A stretch of 64,000 nucleotides of DNA from IMG/VR virus record IMGVR_UViG_3300032524_000070. The stretch is one strand, 5' to 3'. Made by a program: the position numbers and the translations under genes. This document shows, one piece after another, positions 16,546-25,406 of this stretch. The first letter of the stretch is position 1. Each line of letters starts with the position of its first letter. The notes beneath the pieces are model-generated. The model searched no databases. It was not told where the DNA came from and worked only from the letters and a program-made list of their open reading frames with translations. The DNA is from a virus.

Positions 16546-17412
16546 ATGCCGAACATGGACAATGGCCCCGCGAACGGACTGGGAGGTTCCTCGTACCTCT
16601 ACGATTTCGGGACCTCTCCGAACACGCGGACGGCGGTGAGCCAGAAGGTGCGCCTGCTGACGCCGCACTACGGGTCGAGCGCAGCGATGCACCAGATGGG
16701 TGTCGTCTCCAGCTTCAACCCCTCGCAGAGCCGGACGGTCGAGCCCGTGCGTGGCGTGGGCTTCGGCGACCAGATCGCTGAGCTGGTGCCGAGCGTGACG
16801 GAGCCCACCACGGGTTCCTTCGAGCGTGCGCTCCTGTACCTCTGCAACCTGTGGCAGGCCACGGGCTACGCCTCGGGTGTGGACGGGCCGGTGCGGTCGC
16901 TGGCCCACCACAAGTGGCCGTTCGACATCGAGCAGCAGCTCGTCTTCTCGACGCTGGCGGACATCGACCTCGGGGCAGCGAACAGCGGGCACGCGGGCGG
17001 CACGGGCTCCTTCGACGGTGGTGTCAAGCAGACGGTCTACCCGGCGGTGACCCCGGACTTCGGCACGGCTGGAGGCCCGAGCGGACACGGCTCCGGTGGT
17101 CCTGCCACGGCTCCGGGAGCAGCCCGTGGTCACTCGGCCATCATCACCATCTACGAGGCCTGCTGGTTCACCTCCTGGTCCGCCACGTTCGCCAAGGACA
17201 GCGGCATGATCATGGAGTCCGGCGACGTGACCGTCTCCGACGTTCACGACTTCGCCTCGATGTACGGCGAGTTCCTGGCGACGGGCAACGATCCGACCAT
17301 CGGGCAGCTCGGTTCCATCCGCTTCGGTGAGAGCGACTCCGGCTTCCAGATCGCGCAGGTCGGTGGCGACCTGACGGGTGGTTCGCCGCAGTCGCCCTTC
17401 ATCAACACGTAG
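16546..17412 (+). CDS. Tail tube protein (T4 gp19-like fold)
   Basis: GVVSSFNPSQSRTVEPVRGVG...ELVP...FERALLY...PFDIEQ...TIYEACWFTSWS..F......ESGDVTV, located upstream of the chaperones and tape measure. Confidence 0.8.
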   Translation: MPNMDNGPANGLGGSSYLYDFGTSPNTRTAVSQKVRLLTPHYGSSAAMHQMGVVSSFNPSQSRTVEPVRGVGFGDQIAELVPSVTEPTTGSFERALLYLCNLWQATGYASGVDGPVRSLAHHKWPFDIEQQLVFSTLADIDLGAANSGHAGGTGSFDGGVKQTVYPAVTPDFGTAGGPSGHGSGGPATAPGAARGHSAIITIYEACWFTSWSATFAKDSGMIMESGDVTVSDVHDFASMYGEFLATGNDPTIGQLGSIRFGESDSGFQIAQVGGDLTGGSPQSPFINT

Positions 17413-17454
17413 CCGTCCGGGACAAGTAGCCGGGCTGGGTAAGATGTAGACGAC

Positions 17455-17667
17455 CACCTCCCCCATCAGGGGGGATGGTTCATGTGACCACGGAAACAGC
17501 CGGTGGCCCCTCAACGGACCAAACGGACAAATGTGACGACCCCCGCTTGCTCTGTACTCCTCTCCTGCGGGAGATGGCTGGATGTGCTGACGACGGAAAC
17601 GGCCTGATCACGACCGCTTGTTCTGTCCAGAGCCCCCGCTGCTGTTCCCGACAACAACCTGGGGAAC
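17455..17667 (+). promoter_or_regulatory. Structured intergenic leader with two hairpin + ACGGA-loop units and two extra ACGGA
   Basis: TCCCCC-atcag-GGGGGA-TGGTT...CACGGAAAC-AGCC and TCTCC-tgcg-GGAGA-TGGCTG...GACGGAAA-CGGCC, homologous to the sheath leader. Confidence 0.55.
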
Positions 17668-18867
17668 GTGCAGATGCAGATCGACTTCAAAGCTCTGGAG
17701 CAGGCTCTTGCTCCCATCGAGGAGATCGGCCAGGGCGAAGTGACCTTCGAGGCCGCCTCGACCACCATCACCTTGCGCGTTCTACGGCCCGCCGAAGAGG
17801 TGGAGGCACAGAGGTACGCCGCTTCGGTGTTGAAGGACGATGTCGAGGGCGACCACTCTGCGGTGGACTACCTCGACCGCTTCCGTATCGCCTGCCTGTC
17901 CCACTCCGTCGTCGCCATCGGTGACCTGGACTTCCGGGGCCTGGAGTACGTCGAGACCGGCGACAAGCTCCCCAACGGGAGCCCCATCAAGGTCACCAAG
18001 TCGAAGGCGATGCGGACGCTCCTGGCTCGTTGGACTCGGGCCACGCTGACGGTGGTGTACTCGAAGTTCAGTGACCTGACCACCTCGTCGGAGGTGGAGG
18101 CAGAACGCCTCATCGAGTACACGCCTTCGGACCTGTCTGCCGAACTCGACCGGCTCAACAAGCGGGTGGCCGAGATCACGGCGAAGATGGAACAGGAGAA
18201 GATGATCGAGAAGGCGAAGTTCAGCGACCAGGTGGAATCGATCTCCAAGGTCACCACCGACGCCATGAACCGGCCTCCCGCCACACCGGCCATCGCCGCA
18301 CCCGAGCCGGAACCGGAGGTGGACCCGGAACAGGCGTTGCCAGCCGCATCCCGCCGCACCGGCCCCATCAGTCCAACCACTGCCCCGCCCCCGGCCGCCA
18401 GGGAGCCCCGTGCTGCCCAGCCTGCTCCGGCACAGCAGCCGCTCCACCGGACGCCCCCGCCGCGTGCGGACTCGTCGTTCATCAACCCCGATGATGACGA
18501 CGGGATGAACGCTGCTCTCGACGCAGAGCACAACCGCATCCTTGCCATGCGTCGGCAGGCGGCAGCAGGCCAGCCCACTGTGGATGATGCGTCAGCTCTG
18601 GAGCAGATCCACCCGCAGACGGCCCACCGCCGGACGCCACCGCATCTGGAGGCCAAGGAGGCAGAGGATGATGTGGGGGTGCTGGACGCGGCGGCACAGG
18701 CGGCCAAGGAGGTAGGCGAGATCGATGGCAAGCCGGTGTTCGCTCTCCCCGCACAGGACTTGGGGGTGAAGGCCCCTCCCGCTCCGGCTGATGCACGGGC
18801 AGCCATCAACCCCCCGCAGGCATCTGGGTCCGAGAACCCTCGGTTCCAGCGTCGCAAGCAGCCCTGA
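17668..18867 (+). CDS. Putative tail assembly chaperone 1 with Pro/Ala-rich tail
   Basis: Lies between tube and tape measure. The N-domain ITLRVLRPAEE...LSHSVVAIG... is followed by a coiled coil and a disordered C-terminus. Start is GTG 17668 or ATG 17674. Confidence 0.6.
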   Translation: MQMQIDFKALEQALAPIEEIGQGEVTFEAASTTITLRVLRPAEEVEAQRYAASVLKDDVEGDHSAVDYLDRFRIACLSHSVVAIGDLDFRGLEYVETGDKLPNGSPIKVTKSKAMRTLLARWTRATLTVVYSKFSDLTTSSEVEAERLIEYTPSDLSAELDRLNKRVAEITAKMEQEKMIEKAKFSDQVESISKVTTDAMNRPPATPAIAAPEPEPEVDPEQALPAASRRTGPISPTTAPPPAAREPRAAQPAPAQQPLHRTPPPRADSSFINPDDDDGMNAALDAEHNRILAMRRQAAAGQPTVDDASALEQIHPQTAHRRTPPHLEAKEAEDDVGVLDAAAQAAKEVGEIDGKPVFALPAQDLGVKAPPAPADARAAINPPQASGSENPRFQRRKQP

Positions 18868-18876
18868 TCGAGACGG

Positions 18877-20082
18877 ATGCTCCCGAAGACCACACCAGAG
18901 CAGCGCAGCCGCTTCTACACCGACATCGAAGGACTCCTCTCCCCGGGATTCTTGACGCATTCGGTCGTGGTCAACGGTGTGCGTCTGCATCTGCGGTCCT
19001 TGGGGGCAGGCGACCTCTTCATGCTGAAGGCCCGCACCGAGGGGGCTTCGGGTCGTGAGTGGCGAGTGTGGTCGGTCGCTACGGCCATCTGGATGATCGA
19101 GGGGCGTTCCGTCCTGGGTCACGACGACGTGATCCCCTTCCTGGCCCGGTTCATCCGGGGGCTGCCGAAGGTCACCCTGGAGATCCTGTTCTCGCTCCTG
19201 CTAGGGCTGTGGATGCGGGTGGGGGTTGCCGTGAACTCCACGGAGGTCTTCTGCTTCGAGACGGCTTCCCGCTACAAGTGGAAGACCGTGGGTGCCAGCG
19301 GTCTGATGAACACGGGAGTCCCCGGAGCGAATCGACTCGGGTTCAACGCGGTTCAGCGCATCTGGGTGGCCTTCAACGAGATGGAGGACTCCCGCCGGGA
19401 TGATGAGACGGCGTGGGAGGGCTTCAAGCTGGTCGCCAGCTCCAACGCCCCCAAGGCCGTCAAGAAGCTGGACGACAAGGACACGCAGCGGCGGACGGAG
19501 ACGACGGAGACGCGGCAGAGGCAGCTCGACCTGCACTACTACCAGCGGCTCGGTGTGGTGGACGCCAAGGGTGCTGTCCAGGGCACGGACGGCTCGATGC
19601 ACCGCATCCAGGGTGCCAAGACAGTCGAAGACCTTGAAGAGGAGATGCGTCGGTGGGTCACCGATGATCAGGACCTTCACGACCAGGTGGTCGCCGACTA
19701 CAAGGCCCGCATCAAGGCCAACCGCGAGGCCGAGCAGGCAGAGCGGTCTGCTCGTCGGGCAGCCATCGCAAAGAAGCGTGAGCAGATGGGCTGGGAGGCC
19801 GGGGACTTCAAGCCGCAGCCTCTCGTGGCCATGACCACTCAGCAGCTCCAGCACATGCTGGCTACCCGGGGGCCTGGTCGCCCGGATGGTGTCAGCTTCA
19901 TCCCGAAGGCCCCGAGCGCGGACAGGCTCTACAGCAAGTACGTGAACGAGGGGGCTGGGGCAGGCCAGTTGGAGGTCGTGGACGGCAAGGTGCTGGACAG
20001 CGGAGCGAACCCGGAGACGGATGAACGGACGCTCAACCAGTTGATCAGGGGTCGCAACCCCGCCTTCGGATCGGGGGAGTAA
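18877..20082 (+). CDS. Putative tail assembly chaperone 2 (paralog of chaperone 1 plus helical extension)
   Basis: Directly upstream of the tape measure. LHLRSLG...VATAIWMIEG...LPKVTLEILF aligns by eye to chaperone 1. Confidence 0.55.
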   Translation: MLPKTTPEQRSRFYTDIEGLLSPGFLTHSVVVNGVRLHLRSLGAGDLFMLKARTEGASGREWRVWSVATAIWMIEGRSVLGHDDVIPFLARFIRGLPKVTLEILFSLLLGLWMRVGVAVNSTEVFCFETASRYKWKTVGASGLMNTGVPGANRLGFNAVQRIWVAFNEMEDSRRDDETAWEGFKLVASSNAPKAVKKLDDKDTQRRTETTETRQRQLDLHYYQRLGVVDAKGAVQGTDGSMHRIQGAKTVEDLEEEMRRWVTDDQDLHDQVVADYKARIKANREAEQAERSARRAAIAKKREQMGWEAGDFKPQPLVAMTTQQLQHMLATRGPGRPDGVSFIPKAPSADRLYSKYVNEGAGAGQLEVVDGKVLDSGANPETDERTLNQLIRGRNPAFGSGE

Positions 20083-20085
20083 GCC

Positions 20086-23000
20086 ATGTCCATCAATGAG
20101 GTGATGAACTGGACGGTAGACCTCAAGGCCAACACCACCCAGTTCATGAAGGACCTGAACGATGCCGCCAAGGGCATCAACATCGAGTTCGACAACAAGG
20201 GGTTGGTCAAGAGCTTCGCCGGGGCGCAGGGCGACATCCAGAAGCTCTTGTCGAACACCGTGGCTGCCGGGGCTACAGCGGGGTTCTCCCACGCGAACGT
20301 CAAGGCCCTGAGCAGCAAGATGGAGGTCATCACCGGGGAGATCGAGAAGTCCCTCAAGGACATCTTCAATCTCCAGGTGAAGGGGTCAACGGAAGCCGCG
20401 AAGGTCTGGGGTCAAACCGTCAAGGATGCCCATGCTAAGGCCCTTGAGGGAGAGAAGGCCAAGCTGGAGGGAGCGGAGCGGCGGTTTGCACTGGAGAAGA
20501 AGAACGCCGAGCGGCTCATCAAGCGTCGCCAGTCCGCTCGCCAGGATGCTGACCGTCTGGAGGACCGGAACGCCAGCGAGCGGGCCAAGGACTGGATGGA
20601 GTCCATCGGCGGGTCGGTCGCCAAGCTGAAGAGCGGGGACCTTGCCGGGGTGCTGTCGGGTGCGGGCAAGGGTGCTGCGGCTCGCGGTGTCGGGATGCAG
20701 GACAAGGCGGCTGCGGCGGGCGATGCCGGTGGGATGATGGGCAAGATGGGCGGCCTCATGGCCAAGATCGGCCCCATCATCGCGGGCATCGGTGCGGTCG
20801 TGGCGGGGTTCGCTGCTCTGGCGGCGATAGTGGTGCTGGTGGACGGTGCCGTGAAGGGCCTGAACAAGACCATGATGGATAGCGGGGTGGCTGGTGCGGA
20901 CATGGCCAACCAGTTCAACCAGCTCGGCAACACGATGGACAACATCCGAAAGTCGGCCAAGGGGTCGTTCGGGTTCAACCAGATCTGGGGTGTGTCCGGC
21001 AAGGACCACCTGGAGATCCTCGGGGCCTTCAACGCGGCGGGTCAGACCATCCACGAGATGGGCACCGAGATGGACCGGCTGCGGCAGTACACCCAGGCTG
21101 CGCTGACGTACAGCAAGCTCCTGGGGCTGAGCACTACGGATGTCAGCTCCTCGACGGCGGTCTACATGGAGGAGCTGGGGATGACCCTGGAGGGCGTCTC
21201 TGGCCGCTTCTCCAACATCACGGCGGCGGCCAAGGAGAGCGGCTTCGGGGTCAAGCGATTCTTCAACATGGTGCTCCAGGCCACGTCGGGGATGTCGATG
21301 TACAACGTCCGGCTGGAGGAGGCCGCCGGACTGCTCATCCAGCTTGGGAAGATCCTGGGCGAGAAGATGGGTGGCGACTTCCTTGCGACGTTGATGAAGG
21401 GCTTCAAGGACGAGGGCACGCAGGACCGCATCAAGAAGACGATCTCGACCGGCGTGGAGATGTCATCCCGCGTCCTCCGCAAGGATGCGGTGGCCTCTGC
21501 CGAGGAGTTCCAGCGGAAGCTGACTGAGCTGTCGGACCAGGACTCTGGCAAGGGAGCGGCTGTTGCCGAGATCCTCAGCCGGTACCAGCTCGACCCCACG
21601 GATGCGGAGGGGTTCGCCAAGAAGCTGGGCAAGATGGCCCCTCAAGAGCTGGGGATGATCACTCAGGAGTTGGCAGCACAGGGCGGTCAGGGCGAGGGAA
21701 TGGCTCGCAGCATGACGGACCTCGCCACGAAGGGTCAGGCCTTCCGGGGCGACCTGGCCGGGGCACAGGCGGCCCTCAGCTCTGCCGGGGGTGGGGCGAC
21801 CTTGTTCCTCCAGCTCAATGAAGCCTCGCGGGTGCTCGGCAAGAGCCTGGACCAGATCGATCTCTCGAACATGGAGCAGCGGGCGGCCTTTGAGAGCATC
21901 ACCGGCAAGTCCGGTGAGGCGGCAGAGCAGCTCCGGCGTATGGGCATGGGTCTGCGTGGCAAGTTCGACCTCATCCAGAAGGCCAACGAAGGTGGGACAG
22001 CGGGCCGGGAAGCCTACAACAAGAGTGGCCTGGCGAAGTCGTTCGGGGTGTTCCTCGACGAGCAGGGGAAGATGTACCGGCTGGATGCCGAGAAGAACCG
22101 TGTGGACATCGGGGACAGCCTCGAAGACCTGTTCATCGGCATCGGGAAGGAAACCCTGGGCAACGAGACGGCACAGAAGGCCGAAGACATCCTGCTGGCT
22201 CGGGAGATCGCCAAGAACACCACGGACATCGCCAGCATCCTTGAACGGGGGATCGAGTGGCTGCTGTCCGGCATCTACGACTCAGTGCAGCGGATTTCGG
22301 GGCTCATGGGTGGTCTGAGTGCCGATGAGAAACGGGGGAAGATCGCGGCTCTTGCGACATTGGGCGACGAGAGCACTGCGGCGATGCAGATGGCCCGAGA
22401 AGCAGAGAGTGACATCGCTGATCTCAAGCGGAGTAGGTCGGGTTCCACCCCAGAAAAGCAGGCTGACATCGACATCAAGATCAAGGCACGGGAGGACGAT
22501 CTCATCCGTGCGGAGATGCAGTCGAAGTCGTTGCTCCGACAGACCAGGAAGATTGAAAGGAAGCAGGACGACTGGGGCATCAAGGGCACCGGGACCAAGG
22601 AGTCTCAGTGGTTGGGCTTCGGGAAGGATGACGAATACAAATACATCGAGAAGGACGCCACGGCGCTGATGGGGCAGGAGCGGATGGACGCTGAGTTCAG
22701 AGCCCCCGGAGCCGAACGGGCTCTTGCGAACCCTGACCTCCAGTTCAACCCGAACCACTACGGAGAGGGCATGGCCGCGAAGTTGACGCAGAGAGCAACG
22801 AACAGTCAGGTTGCACTCGACCTCAAGGAGTGGTTGGCAGACCCCGAGGCCACTCGTAGGGCCGATGACCAGCGGGTTCTGAGGCAGACGACGGCAGAGG
22901 AGACCGCGATTTCCACGCAGACCACAGATCTGGTCTCGTCATGGAAGGACTGGCAGAAGGAGATGAGCCTCCAGGAGGTCTCTGCGGTACTGGCCGGGGC

Positions 23001-23406
23001 CGGGATTGAGGGCGACACGGACCAGATGGCCGCGTCGTTGTTGCGGGGGCAAGTCCCCAAGGGCTTGGACCTGGGTGCGAAGACCGCTGGCGGGATGAGC
23101 CTCTACGACAGGTTGTCGGGATCGAACCCCTCGTCTGAAATGGCTCGGGCGTTGTTCAGTGCTGAACAGGGTGGTCCGAGGGCCGAGGACTTCCTCATGC
23201 AGATCGGGACCGGAGGCCGGGTGAAGTTCGCCCAGCGCATCAGTGCCTCCGACACCGTGACCGCTACGGCATCGAAGCCCGGAGGCCCGATCCAGTCGTC
23301 CGGTCGGAAGGGCTCCGGGGGCTCGACCGTCGTGATCAACAGCTTCGGCAACGCTGCCGAGGTCGTGCGTGGCATCCAGGCAGCCGTGGCGGCGGGGGTC
23401 GTGTAA
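20086..23406 (+). CDS. Tail tape measure protein (1106 aa)
   Basis: Long helical A/G/K/E-rich protein with a hydrophobic stretch IGPIIAGIGAVVAGFAALAAIVVLV, in the canonical position. Confidence 0.8.
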   Translation: MSINEVMNWTVDLKANTTQFMKDLNDAAKGINIEFDNKGLVKSFAGAQGDIQKLLSNTVAAGATAGFSHANVKALSSKMEVITGEIEKSLKDIFNLQVKGSTEAAKVWGQTVKDAHAKALEGEKAKLEGAERRFALEKKNAERLIKRRQSARQDADRLEDRNASERAKDWMESIGGSVAKLKSGDLAGVLSGAGKGAAARGVGMQDKAAAAGDAGGMMGKMGGLMAKIGPIIAGIGAVVAGFAALAAIVVLVDGAVKGLNKTMMDSGVAGADMANQFNQLGNTMDNIRKSAKGSFGFNQIWGVSGKDHLEILGAFNAAGQTIHEMGTEMDRLRQYTQAALTYSKLLGLSTTDVSSSTAVYMEELGMTLEGVSGRFSNITAAAKESGFGVKRFFNMVLQATSGMSMYNVRLEEAAGLLIQLGKILGEKMGGDFLATLMKGFKDEGTQDRIKKTISTGVEMSSRVLRKDAVASAEEFQRKLTELSDQDSGKGAAVAEILSRYQLDPTDAEGFAKKLGKMAPQELGMITQELAAQGGQGEGMARSMTDLATKGQAFRGDLAGAQAALSSAGGGATLFLQLNEASRVLGKSLDQIDLSNMEQRAAFESITGKSGEAAEQLRRMGMGLRGKFDLIQKANEGGTAGREAYNKSGLAKSFGVFLDEQGKMYRLDAEKNRVDIGDSLEDLFIGIGKETLGNETAQKAEDILLAREIAKNTTDIASILERGIEWLLSGIYDSVQRISGLMGGLSADEKRGKIAALATLGDESTAAMQMAREAESDIADLKRSRSGSTPEKQADIDIKIKAREDDLIRAEMQSKSLLRQTRKIERKQDDWGIKGTGTKESQWLGFGKDDEYKYIEKDATALMGQERMDAEFRAPGAERALANPDLQFNPNHYGEGMAAKLTQRATNSQVALDLKEWLADPEATRRADDQRVLRQTTAEETAISTQTTDLVSSWKDWQKEMSLQEVSAVLAGAGIEGDTDQMAASLLRGQVPKGLDLGAKTAGGMSLYDRLSGSNPSSEMARALFSAEQGGPRAEDFLMQIGTGGRVKFAQRISASDTVTATASKPGGPIQSSGRKGSGGSTVVINSFGNAAEVVRGIQAAVAAGVV

Positions 23407-23409
23407 CCC

Positions 23410-24033
23410 ATGCCACGGGACAACACCCCGGTATTCAAGAGCGCCTTCGTATCTGCTGACGATGAGTTCAGCGGGCTCGGGGTGCGTCCGGTGGTGTTCG
23501 ACATCCTCGGCCCGGACCTGGCGACCAGCATTCTTCCGCCGGACCTGCGGATGGTGCTGCACGTCAACCCCTCGTCGATGTCCCCGACGTACAGCAAGCA
23601 GACCGAGCGCATCCAGACCAAGGGCGGCTTCGTCGAGCAGCACTGGGGCGAGGCCGCCAGAGCCATCAGCTTCAACATGGCCACCGGGGGCTTCAAGCGG
23701 CTCTACAGCGGCCTGTCGAACGTCACAGGAGGCGGCCACGACACCGAGGGCACCCGGCGGGAGACCATCGCCTACGACAAGTACCTGGACCTCCTGGCCC
23801 TGTTCCACAACAACGGGAGCATCTACGACGCCTCCGGGCAGATCGCCTTCCAGGGCATCATCAAGGTCACCTTCGACGGGGGCATCTACCTGGGGTGGTT
23901 CGCGTCCTTCGGCGTCACTGAAGATGCCGCGAAGCCCTACCAGTTCGACCTGACCGCTGAGTTCACCGTCGCCCATGAGGTCTTGCGGCTGCGGACGACC
24001 CTCTCCACGGCCAACCCCGGCGTGGGGAGCTGA
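23410..24033 (+). CDS. Tube-like baseplate/tail tube initiator protein
   Basis: LHVNPSSMS..YSK...IQTKGG.VEQHWGE...Y.GWF..F...E....PYQFD...EF is the pattern of tube-initiator (gp48/gp54-like) proteins. Confidence 0.7.
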   Translation: MPRDNTPVFKSAFVSADDEFSGLGVRPVVFDILGPDLATSILPPDLRMVLHVNPSSMSPTYSKQTERIQTKGGFVEQHWGEAARAISFNMATGGFKRLYSGLSNVTGGGHDTEGTRRETIAYDKYLDLLALFHNNGSIYDASGQIAFQGIIKVTFDGGIYLGWFASFGVTEDAAKPYQFDLTAEFTVAHEVLRLRTTLSTANPGVGS

Positions 24034-24035
24034 TC

Positions 24036-25403
24036 ATGGCGAAGCCGATCCTCGGGAGCCTCCAGGTCGGGTCAGCGACCCGTTTCGCCAACAGCGGGAA
24101 GCTCCCAGCCAACAGCGGGTACAGCCCGGATGTCTCGCAGGCGCAGTTGCAGTCGCCTCCGGCTCCTGGGGAGTACGCAGGGCTGAAATCCGGGCCTGAG
24201 TTCGGCATCGAGTACGAGGCCAACCAGACCACCCCCATCGACGGCAGCAAGGATCTGCTCCGGGTCCTCTCGCCCTTCATGATCCAGGTCGAGCCGCCCC
24301 TCATCACAGGCGGTTCCCCGGACGTGCAGGGCGGCAAGAAGGACTACGCAGGCATCTACGGCGGGGGCCACAGCGGAGCCCCTGGAGCGTTCAACGCGGC
24401 CCGGAATCGGATCATGCAGGACATCCCCGGCGGGGATCAGATGTCCAACGCTGGGTCCGTGGACAACTACGTCGCTGCCGGGCTTCAGCGGCGGGGTGCA
24501 GGGGGTGGTTCGGAGCGGACCATCGACGTGAAGGGCGAGGGGCCGACCCGTTTGGGTGCTCCTGCCATCGCCGACCTCTATACGGCAGTGGACATCACGA
24601 TGCAGCTCCGGGCGTTGGTGGAGACCCCGCCACTCATCCTGCTCATCAACCCGCAGTCGCTCTCGATGAACTACACGAAGATCCAGCAGTTCAGCGACCG
24701 GACACGCTATGGCTTCGTGTTCCAGGCCTGGGGCGAGGAGCAGCCGAAGCTGACGATCTCAGCGAAGTGCGGTGCCTTCATCACCAGCGGCAAGGGCGTC
24801 CAGTGGGCGAGCCGCCGGGACTCCGCTGCGTGGCAGAACCTTGCGACGGCGTTCCAGTTCTACCGGCACAACGGGTACATCTACGACACCGTGGGGAAGT
24901 CGAACGCCCACCACATGGTCGGGGCGCTCTCCATCCACTACGACGGGTGGGTCTACTACGGGAACATGGAGTCCTTCTCCTACGTCTTCGAGGAGAGCAC
25001 TCAGCTCGGCGGCATCGTCTTTGACATGGAGTTCACCGTGAACGCGATGGTGGACACCACCAAGCAGTCGGTCGTCGTCACCCCGATGCGGTCCCCGATC
25101 CCGTCCCGTTCTGATCCGCGCTACCAGGGCTTCGAGAACCGGGCTCTCCCCAGCCCCGGCGACGTGTCTGTCGGGCAGGGGTCGGGCGTTCACCTGGGCG
25201 GCCACGACTTCTACTCCCTCAACGACCCCGAACGGCTGGCGACCCCGGCCCCTGACGGCACGGCATCAGCCGCCATCACCAGCGGCACCTCTGGCGGTCA
25301 GGCAGCTCCGAAGTCCTCTGGCGGGTTCCAGTCGGCGACGGCTGTGGCGACCGTGGATGCCCCGGTGGCTCGGCCTCCGACACCCTTCGGCGTGAGGCGG
25401 TAG
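24036..25403 (+). CDS. Second tube-like baseplate protein (paralog)
   Basis: LLINPQSLSMNYTK...RTRYGFVFQAWGEE...YYGNMESFSY..EE.....FDMEFTV, with an extra N-terminal low-complexity region. Confidence 0.7.
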   Translation: MAKPILGSLQVGSATRFANSGKLPANSGYSPDVSQAQLQSPPAPGEYAGLKSGPEFGIEYEANQTTPIDGSKDLLRVLSPFMIQVEPPLITGGSPDVQGGKKDYAGIYGGGHSGAPGAFNAARNRIMQDIPGGDQMSNAGSVDNYVAAGLQRRGAGGGSERTIDVKGEGPTRLGAPAIADLYTAVDITMQLRALVETPPLILLINPQSLSMNYTKIQQFSDRTRYGFVFQAWGEEQPKLTISAKCGAFITSGKGVQWASRRDSAAWQNLATAFQFYRHNGYIYDTVGKSNAHHMVGALSIHYDGWVYYGNMESFSYVFEESTQLGGIVFDMEFTVNAMVDTTKQSVVVTPMRSPIPSRSDPRYQGFENRALPSPGDVSVGQGSGVHLGGHDFYSLNDPERLATPAPDGTASAAITSGTSGGQAAPKSSGGFQSATAVATVDAPVARPPTPFGVRR

Positions 25404-25406
25404 GCC

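Noticed and set aside
16546-24033. Five consecutive genes share a reading frame (polyprotein by readthrough)
   Set aside because: Explained by 3-nt or 9-nt spacers and chance. Each gene has its own start, and two of the stops are TAA.
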